Below are positions 56,994 to 64,000 of a DNA stretch of 64,000 nt, piece after piece. Position 1 is the stretch's first letter. The number at the start of each line of letters is the position of its first letter. This DNA comes from Acidobacteriota bacterium (GTDB lineage: Bacteria > Acidobacteriota > UBA6911 > RPQK01 > JAJDTT01), in contig OZ242374.1 of assembly GCA_965209055.1 (NCBI GenBank), forward strand, positions 352,001 to 416,000, read 5' to 3'. Under the pieces are notes generated by a model that saw nothing but the letters and a program-made list of their open reading frames with translations, did not search any database and was not told the origin of the DNA. The position numbers and the translations under genes are program-made.

Positions 56994-58331
56994 TCAACGA
57001 TGCCCGGAATGCCGCCAATCCCGGGCGATTTTCTCCAGGCTCTTGCCCTTGGTCTCGGGCACGAATTTCCAGCCGAAGACAAAAGCCAGGACGCAAGTCA
57101 ACGTGAAGATCCAGAACACTGCCGCTGGAGAGCCGAAGCGCTCCTCCGACAACTCCAGGAGAACCGGAAAGGCGAGAACACCCGAATAATTGGCGATCCA
57201 TAGACACATGGTCGCAATGCTGACTGCCCGGGCCCGCACTCGGGTGGGCAGGACCTCCGACATCATGACCCAGGCCAACGGGCCGAGACCGATGACGTGA
57301 GGCCAGGCGCACATCAGCACCGCCCCAACCACGACAAACCCGGTGAGGTTGAAGTGAAAGATCGCGCCGAGCAGCGTGACGCCGAAGACCATCCCCAACG
57401 ATGTCACGAGCCAGATCGGCCGGCGGCCGACGCGATCCACAAGCGACATGGAGACGAGAGTCAACCCGATGTTGATTCCGTTGACCATGGCGTATTGGAA
57501 GATGGCGTCGCTGGCATCTGCAAATCCGGATTTCAGAAGCAGGATCGGAAGGTAGGAGGCGACGACACTCCAACCGGTCCATTGACTGAAGACGGCCAGC
57601 AGCACGGCTACGGCAAAGGCGGTCCGGATTCCGGGCTTCAGCAATTCGGAAAAGGCGCCCGTCTCCTCGGCCAGCGATTCCCGAATCTCCTGGAGCAGTC
57701 CCTCCGCTTTTTCCCGCCCGTTGATTCGAGCCAGGACTCTTCGAGCTTCCCGGTAGCGGTTTTTCTGGGCCAGCCATCTCGGCGTCCGTGGTATCAGGGT
57801 CAACAGGACTCCGAAGACCAGGATGGGAACCAGCTCGGAAGCGAACATCCAGCGCCAGGCCTCGAAAAAGGCAAGGTAGTAGGCCACCAGAGTGGCGGAA
57901 AAGGCCCCGACGACAATGGCCAGTTGGTACATCATCACCAGGCGGCCCCGGAGGCGCGCGGGAGCGATCTCAGCCAGGTACATGGGCGAGGCGACGCTGA
58001 CGAGACCGCACCCGATTCCGCCGATGACGCGAAAAAAATTGAATTGATCGATGGTCTCAGGCAACGCTGTGCCTATCGCGCTGATCCCGAACAGGAGATT
58101 CGCGGCGATCAGTGTCCGCTTGCGGCCCAGCAGGTCACAGAGCCGCATTCCCGCTATCGGTCCGGCAATACAACCAATGACGGCGCTGGCCGTGGTGAAT
58201 CCCAATCCCGCAGCGCTGAGGCCGAATTCCTCTTTGAGGAATATGACCGCCCCCGAGATCATCACCAGGTCATAGCCGAACAGGAAGCCGCCCAGGGCCG
58301 CCACAAACGAAACGAATACGACGTAGAGAAT
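56994..58331 (-). CDS. Sugar-porter family MFS transporter (start uncertain)
   Basis: AALGGFLFGYD, LGRKR, PMYLAEIAP..RGRL, PRTPRWL, DRVGRRP, PETKGKSLE. Confidence 0.93.
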   Translation of the reverse strand: MLYVVFVSFVAALGGFLFGYDLVMISGAVIFLKEEFGLSAAGLGFTTASAVIGCIAGPIAGMRLCDLLGRKRTLIAANLLFGISAIGTALPETIDQFNFFRVIGGIGCGLVSVASPMYLAEIAPARLRGRLVMMYQLAIVVGAFSATLVAYYLAFFEAWRWMFASELVPILVFGVLLTLIPRTPRWLAQKNRYREARRVLARINGREKAEGLLQEIRESLAEETGAFSELLKPGIRTAFAVAVLLAVFSQWTGWSVVASYLPILLLKSGFADASDAIFQYAMVNGINIGLTLVSMSLVDRVGRRPIWLVTSLGMVFGVTLLGAIFHFNLTGFVVVGAVLMCAWPHVIGLGPLAWVMMSEVLPTRVRARAVSIATMCLWIANYSGVLAFPVLLELSEERFGSPAAVFWIFTLTCVLAFVFGWKFVPETKGKSLEKIARDWRHSGHR

Positions 58332-58343
58332 TCTCTTTTCCTC

Positions 58344-59615
58344 TCACAACCCGAGGATGCGGGCGGCCGTCCCGCCCATGATTTGGGACAGGTCCCCAGG
58401 ACCCAGGAACCGGCAGTATTTCTCGATCCAGTCCCGGGACTGACGGTAGGTGCAGAAGCGGTTCTGGAAGGGCATGTCGGTGCCCCAGAGCAACTGGCCG
58501 GAACCGACGTGTTCCACCATCGCCTCCAGGGTGGGCCACACTTCCCGGTAGGGGTAGTCGAAGAGATCGCCGAGCCGCACCGGAAAGCTCACCTCCAGAT
58601 TGCATTTCGGGTTCCGGAAGGGTTGCCAGATGTCCTGCGGCAGGCGGACCCCGTCCCCGTCCAGAAACACGCGCCAAGGAAAGCCGTGGGTGAGACTGCA
58701 CACCGTGTCCGGGTAGCGTTCCATCCAGCGCATCAGGATCCCCAATTCCTTGAGATACCCGCGGCGTTGGTCCTCCAGGGATACGGCGCCCGGTCCCGTT
58801 CCCAGGGTGAAGAAGACCGGAACCCTCCAGGAGGCAGCCGCCTCCCAGAAGGGCCGGTAGGGGCCGTCGTCCCAGGGAGCGCTGCTGCCCAGGTAACCCA
58901 GAGGGGGAATGAACTTGATGGCGTGAAGGCCGAGCTTGTTGATGGCCGTGTCCAGTTCCCGGATGACGGCGTCGGTCTCCGATGGAATCCGCCATTCGTC
59001 CACCGGGGCCATGGAGCGCAGGCGGTCCGGATACCGGCGCACGCTGTCCGCCAGGTAGCGGCTGTCGCGGATCAACATGGGGTCGGTGTGCAGGAGCGTC
59101 ACGTCCACGCCGGCGTAGTCCATCTCGGCGATGAGGCTGTGGGGAGTGAACTCCAGGTTTCTCAGGTTGGGCGGGTAAAACTGCTTGGTGTAGTCCTCTC
59201 CGTCGACGGTCCAGACCACCCGGCCGCGCTCGCGGTCCACTCGAAAGTTCACGTCGGGCAGATCGGACAGATTCTTGAATCCCCCCGGCGCCAGAGGCTT
59301 GGACGAGGCCGGGGCCCGGTCCCGTACCCGCCAGGCCGGCTGATGATGTCCCGCGTGGGCCGCCTGGATCCAGGCCAGATGTTCTTCGGGACTGGCGTGC
59401 CCTGCCGGCTCGTCTCCTGGCGGAAACACGTAGGCGTGTGAGTCGACGATCATGGTCCTTCTCTTTCTCACCGGGTTGCCGCCACCGGAGGGGCCGGATC
59501 CGGGTTGTTGGATCGACGTGTCAGAGGAGTCACTGAAGCAGGACCCGGCCAGCAGACCTGCCGCCAACCCGGCCGCCCCCTTGATGAAATTCCGTCTCCT
59601 GGCCGTTGTCTTCAT
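58344..59615 (-). CDS. Tat-signal amidohydrolase_2 family protein
   Basis: AAGGAG RBS, RRRNFIKG signal with GSC, IVDSHAY, LLWGTDMP, IMGGTAARI. Confidence 0.82.
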   Translation of the reverse strand: MKTTARRRNFIKGAAGLAAGLLAGSCFSDSSDTSIQQPGSGPSGGGNPVRKRRTMIVDSHAYVFPPGDEPAGHASPEEHLAWIQAAHAGHHQPAWRVRDRAPASSKPLAPGGFKNLSDLPDVNFRVDRERGRVVWTVDGEDYTKQFYPPNLRNLEFTPHSLIAEMDYAGVDVTLLHTDPMLIRDSRYLADSVRRYPDRLRSMAPVDEWRIPSETDAVIRELDTAINKLGLHAIKFIPPLGYLGSSAPWDDGPYRPFWEAAASWRVPVFFTLGTGPGAVSLEDQRRGYLKELGILMRWMERYPDTVCSLTHGFPWRVFLDGDGVRLPQDIWQPFRNPKCNLEVSFPVRLGDLFDYPYREVWPTLEAMVEHVGSGQLLWGTDMPFQNRFCTYRQSRDWIEKYCRFLGPGDLSQIMGGTAARILGL

Positions 59616-59828
59616 CTCCTTGCCGAACTCTGGATCATATCCAACTTTAGGGCAATTGCGGCATAGGGACGTCTTGCCGATCAAGAACGACGCCGATCCT
59701 TGTCCCCAGGCCGCTGTCCGTGACGGCCATCCGCCGACTCCGGCACTGGATCGCGATCCGGGCAAGTGTCACAATTTGCCCAAGGTGGCCAGCCCTACGA
59801 CCGCCGGACCGTGCGGGCCGATGTGAAG

Positions 59829-61778
59829 ATGGTGACCAGATCTCCCCTCCCGTTCATCCTGGCTGCAGTTTTCGCGGCCGCGCAGCCGGCGCCGGCGGCC
59901 GGACATCCGCTCGACCCGCTGAGCTATCGAGAATTCTGGCGGGTCCTGGAACTCCTGCGGGATGCCGGGCACATGGACAGGAAGACTCGATTCTCCCAGT
60001 TGACGCTGCAGGAGCCGCCGAAGCGCGAGGTGCTGGCCTGGCGTCCCGGCGCCGGGATGCCTCGCAAGGCCTACGCCGTGGTGCGGCACGGCGATAAGGC
60101 ATTCGAGGCGGTCGTCGATCTGACTGCGGACCGGGTCGCGTCCTGGTCGCCTCTGAAGGAGGTCCACCCGAACTGGATTGAGGATGACTTCAAGGCCATG
60201 GTCGACAAAGTGCTGGAACATCCGGGCTTCGTCTCCGGCCTCAAGGCTCGCGGAATCACCGACACCACCTTCCTCGATTGCTCCACGGTACCGCCCGGCT
60301 ACTTCGGAACCGAGGAAGAGCGGGGACGGCGCATCGGCCATGTCCGGTGCTCCGAGCCCCGAGGAGTGCGAAACGCCTGGACCCGCCAGGTCGAGGGCCT
60401 GACGGCCGTGGTTGATCTCGAATCGGAGGAGGTTCTGCGGGTCGTGGACGACGGTCCCGTGCCTCTCACCGGAACCGACGCCGACTACGACCGCACTACG
60501 CTGGGGCGCCCCCGGGAGGTTCCGGGCCCCCTCGACACGCGTCAGCCGCTCGGCCCCGGATTCAAGATCGACGGGCACCAGGTGCGCTGGCAGAACTGGC
60601 GCTTCCACCTGCGGCCGGACCAGCGCGTCGGCGCCGTCGTTTCCTTGGTGCGCTACCAGGAGGACCCCGGCGAACCGGCCCGATCGGTGATGTACCAGGG
60701 ACACCTGTCCGAGGTATTCGTTCCCTACATGGATCCGTCTTTCGGATGGTATCGGCGCAACTTCATCGACGTCGGCGAATTCATGGCCGGCGGGTTGGCG
60801 CAGCCGCTCCTACGCGGCCGTGACTGCCCCGGCTACGCCGCGTACGTCGGCACCGTCATCAGCAATAAAAAGGGCCGCCCGCACACCGTACCCGACACGA
60901 TTTGTGTGTTCGAAAGGGAAACAGGCGATCCCGCTTGGCGCCATTGGTCTTCCGAGCTGCCTGAAAGCCGGCGCAGCCGCGACCTGGTGGTGCGTGTCGG
61001 GGCCGTGGTCGGCAATTACGACTACCTGCTCGACTGGATCTTCCGTCAGGATGGGGCGATCGAGGTGAGGGTGGGTACGACCGGCATCGTCGAAGTCAAG
61101 GCCAGCAAGTCGGAGAATGCCCTGCAGGGGGAACCGGAGGCCGACGCCTACGGCCGATTCGTGGATAGCAACATCGTGGCGGTGAATCACGACCACTACT
61201 TCAGCTATCGACTCGACCTGGACATCGACGGCGCTACGAACCGCTTCGTCGCTGACCGCCTGGTGACGCGGCGGCTGCCCGAAGGCCACCCCCGCCGGAG
61301 CTTGTGGGTCCGGGAGGAGCACGTTCCGGACAGCGAGCACGACGCGAAACTGGACATCAACCTCGAACGGCCCGCTCTTTGGCGCGTTCTGAGCAACGGC
61401 CGGCGGAACTCCTCCGGGTACCCGACCAGCTTCCAGGTGGTTCCCGGCAGGAACTCCAACACTCTTCTGTCGGAAGACGACTACCCGCGGCGGCGCGCCG
61501 GCTTCATCGACCACCACCTCTGGATCACGCCGCAAAGGGACGAGGAGCGTCATGCCGCCGGCGATCACCCCACCCTGAGCGAGCCCGGCCAGGGGTTGCC
61601 GGCGTGGACGGCAGCCGACCGGCCCATCCGCGACACCGACATCGTCGTCTGGCACACCATCGGCATGCATCATCTGCCGCGCTCCGAGGACTGGCCGGTC
61701 ATGCCTACGGTGTGGTACGGCTTCGAACTTCGGCCGTTCGACTTCTTTGACCGCAACCCTGCGCTCGATCTCCCCTGA
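59829..61778 (+). CDS. tynA: Copper-containing primary amine oxidase (TPQ)
   Basis: Signal peptide, HPLDPLS, SEVFVPYMDP, IDVGE (catalytic Asp), GNYDY (TPQ Tyr), HDH plus HLPRSEDWPVMP Cu ligands. Confidence 0.95.
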   Translation: MVTRSPLPFILAAVFAAAQPAPAAGHPLDPLSYREFWRVLELLRDAGHMDRKTRFSQLTLQEPPKREVLAWRPGAGMPRKAYAVVRHGDKAFEAVVDLTADRVASWSPLKEVHPNWIEDDFKAMVDKVLEHPGFVSGLKARGITDTTFLDCSTVPPGYFGTEEERGRRIGHVRCSEPRGVRNAWTRQVEGLTAVVDLESEEVLRVVDDGPVPLTGTDADYDRTTLGRPREVPGPLDTRQPLGPGFKIDGHQVRWQNWRFHLRPDQRVGAVVSLVRYQEDPGEPARSVMYQGHLSEVFVPYMDPSFGWYRRNFIDVGEFMAGGLAQPLLRGRDCPGYAAYVGTVISNKKGRPHTVPDTICVFERETGDPAWRHWSSELPESRRSRDLVVRVGAVVGNYDYLLDWIFRQDGAIEVRVGTTGIVEVKASKSENALQGEPEADAYGRFVDSNIVAVNHDHYFSYRLDLDIDGATNRFVADRLVTRRLPEGHPRRSLWVREEHVPDSEHDAKLDINLERPALWRVLSNGRRNSSGYPTSFQVVPGRNSNTLLSEDDYPRRRAGFIDHHLWITPQRDEERHAAGDHPTLSEPGQGLPAWTAADRPIRDTDIVVWHTIGMHHLPRSEDWPVMPTVWYGFELRPFDFFDRNPALDLP

Positions 61779-61962
61779 CTTCACAGGCTCCGGTTCGAAT
61801 CGACAATGCAAGCAAAGGAGCCCCCGCGCGAACCGCAGGTCTATTCTTGGCGGTATTCTCGATTCCTTCTGGACGAGTGCGTTGTGCTCCTCCACAATGA
61901 ATTATTCTCCAATTCTCTTTGGTTCCGAATGCCTCGCGGCATGATCCGGCGGAGTATCTGCC

Positions 61963-63849
61963 ATGCATATCAAGAAGCGGTTTCTTCCGCTCCTGATGTT
62001 GATTCCGATTGCGGCCTGCTCGGATACGGGCGATGACGGTCCGGCCCTCGACACTGCCGCTGAACCAGCAGGAACCGGTTCTTCGGAGGCCATCTATCTG
62101 AGCGACCTGGACCGGTCGGAGCCCCGATCCTCCGTTTCCCGGGAGTGGAAACATGGGACTTGGCGCCTGATCGATTACACCGCCGAACGGGATGCCGAAG
62201 AGATTGACATCAAGTCGATACACGACGCGTTTCGGCAGAAGCCCGATCCCGGCCGGACCTTCTCCGGCACGCTGCTGCTGGCCATGCACGACAGTCGAGC
62301 TCCGGAGATCACCTATTCGCTGGACCGCACCGGCTGGCATCGAATCTACATCGGCATCTATCAGAAACCGTTCGAAGGGACCAAAGCGATCGACGTCCGA
62401 CTCTCTCGAGACGCGTCCTTTGCGACCCTGGAGGGATACGAGGGGGGAAAGGACCATCAGGAGAACCGGCTTCGCGAGGTCTATTGGAAGACGGCCGACC
62501 TGACGGGGCAGGCCATGCATTTCCGCCAGATCACATTTCCGCAGATTCGCGAAGCGTGGGTGGCGTTCGTCAAGCTGGTGCCTTTGTCGGAGGAGCAGGT
62601 TCGGGAGTTCGAAGCGGATCGCCGCAACCCGGAACACAAGAGGCTGTTCGTTCACATCGATCCCGGGATCTCCAACGAATCGGGCTCCGAGGAGACTCTC
62701 CTGTCTCTTCTGGACCCGCTCCGCCATGGGGACGTCGCCCGCCTCTACTGGGAAACGGGCATGGGGGACCGTGTCTTCTATTCCTCCAGTATCGGCAGGC
62801 GTCCGACGGAGACTCGTGACCACGGAGACGATCCGGACAACCCCTTTTACGGCCGCGCGTATGACGGGGTCGAATCCAAGACCTGGCGGGCCTACCGAAA
62901 GACCGGGGTCGAACCCTTGGAAGTGGCGGTGGAATTCGCGCACCAGCATGGCATCGAGCTCCACGCCGCCTACCGGGTGGCAGGCTTTCACTTCCCGGTT
63001 CCTCATTATTCGGAAACCAAGGGCAGCTTCTTCGAGCAGCATCCGGAACTGGTATGCGTCGATCGCGAGGGGAACCCGCTGCCCCGGATCTCCTACGCCT
63101 TTCCCGAAACTCGAAAGTACGTTCTGTCCCTGCTCCGGGAGACGGCGTCCAACTACGCCATCGACGGCGTGGCCCTCCTCTATAATCGCCGTCCGCCGCT
63201 ATTGGCCTATGAAGCTCCCATCGTGGAAGGATTCCAGGCCGAATACGGGGAGGACCCGCGCAAGCTGGATTCTCTGGACGAACGCTGGCTCCGGTACCGG
63301 TCCACCTTTCTGACCCGGTTCATGCGGGAGTTGCGGGCGATGCTGGACGAAGTGGCGCGTGAACAGGGGCGCAGCCGGCTGGCGGTGACCGCAGTCGTGT
63401 GCCGGCCGGGTGAGAATATCCTTCATGGCATGGACCTGAAGACCTGGGTCCGGGAGGGCTTGGTGGACACGCTGATCCCCTATTCCTCCTCGGTCCGGCT
63501 GAACAGCTTCGTGCCCGCCTGGGACGATCCACGGGATGTCGAGCACTTCGTCTCCCTGGTCGAGGGGACCGATTGCACGCTGGCGCTCAACATGATGCCC
63601 CGATCGATGACTTCGCGTGAGTACTACGACATGGCCTACCGCCTGTATCGGTCCGGCGTTGAGCGCTTCTTCTTCTGGGACGGCCTGGGGCGGACCGGCG
63701 GAGTGGGCCGGTGGCGCCGGGCGGCTCGCATCGGGCACCGCTCGGAGGTGGAGAAATGGTTCAAAAAGGGAAAGCCCAGCCTCCTCCCGGCCGCTTCACG
63801 CCTGTGGATTCTGGACGGATGGGATCTCAGATTGGAAACTCCCGGATAG
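61963..63849 (+). CDS. GHL10/DUF187-like lipoprotein
   Basis: IAAC lipobox, AHQHGIELHA.YR, FFEQHPE, ISYAFPETR, YAIDGV, WVREGLVD. Confidence 0.75.
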   Translation: MHIKKRFLPLLMLIPIAACSDTGDDGPALDTAAEPAGTGSSEAIYLSDLDRSEPRSSVSREWKHGTWRLIDYTAERDAEEIDIKSIHDAFRQKPDPGRTFSGTLLLAMHDSRAPEITYSLDRTGWHRIYIGIYQKPFEGTKAIDVRLSRDASFATLEGYEGGKDHQENRLREVYWKTADLTGQAMHFRQITFPQIREAWVAFVKLVPLSEEQVREFEADRRNPEHKRLFVHIDPGISNESGSEETLLSLLDPLRHGDVARLYWETGMGDRVFYSSSIGRRPTETRDHGDDPDNPFYGRAYDGVESKTWRAYRKTGVEPLEVAVEFAHQHGIELHAAYRVAGFHFPVPHYSETKGSFFEQHPELVCVDREGNPLPRISYAFPETRKYVLSLLRETASNYAIDGVALLYNRRPPLLAYEAPIVEGFQAEYGEDPRKLDSLDERWLRYRSTFLTRFMRELRAMLDEVAREQGRSRLAVTAVVCRPGENILHGMDLKTWVREGLVDTLIPYSSSVRLNSFVPAWDDPRDVEHFVSLVEGTDCTLALNMMPRSMTSREYYDMAYRLYRSGVERFFFWDGLGRTGGVGRWRRAARIGHRSEVEKWFKKGKPSLLPAASRLWILDGWDLRLETPG

Positions 63850-63861
63850 AGGACAAGACTC

Positions 63862-64000
63862 ATGATCGCGCGCAGACAGTTCCTCGCATTCATGGCCGCC
63901 GCCCCGGCGATGGGCAAGATCCCGGTGCGCGACGCCGGACGGGTGGAGACGGTCTTCAAGACCCCCGGTCCCCACCCCAACGGTCTGCAGGCCACGCGGG
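63862..64000 (+). CDS. Tat-signal protein, probable beta-propeller (runs off window)
   Basis: GAGGA RBS, MIARRQFLAFMAAAPAMGKIPVRDAGRVETVFKTPGPHPNGLQATR. Confidence 0.65.
   Translation, partial: MIARRQFLAFMAAAPAMGKIPVRDAGRVETVFKTPGPHPNGLQATR

Noticed and set aside
57297-59441. Long antisense or alternate-frame ORFs (e.g. 714 aa here, 579 aa at 17906-19645, 501 aa at 2153-3658)
   Set aside because: They are shadows of well-supported genes, expected at high GC, and have no family motifs.

Overview
GC-rich bacterial window, gene-dense, with no rRNA, tRNA or CRISPR array seen. The gene content (Oar-type TonB-dependent receptor, GWxTD, CRTAC1/ASPIC-UnbV, many Tat-exported hydrolases) suggests an Acidobacteriota-like organism (inference). 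The centrepiece is a ~23 kb envelope locus (22606-45854): one Oar-type TonB-dependent receptor, two 7-CxxCH multiheme cytochromes (one fused to TPRs), three CRTAC1/ASPIC-UnbV propellers, five TPR proteins and a GWxTD protein, with an IolE-like enzyme and an HpcH aldolase embedded. Most of it is bracketed by an inverted TPR+CRTAC1 duplication whose CRTAC1 copies are near-identical except for one Cys-Cys loop block. Other highlights: a GPP34 (GOLPH3-like)-cytochrome P450 fusion beside an acyltransferase-3, and an extradiol dioxygenase-DUF6081-like fusion. Three unrelated toxin-antitoxin modules keep an intact antitoxin while the toxin is cut after its first codons. There is also a decayed IS1595-like element next to hicBA, several gene-fragment scars and REP-like palindromes. 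All family calls are by-eye motif recognition, not database results.
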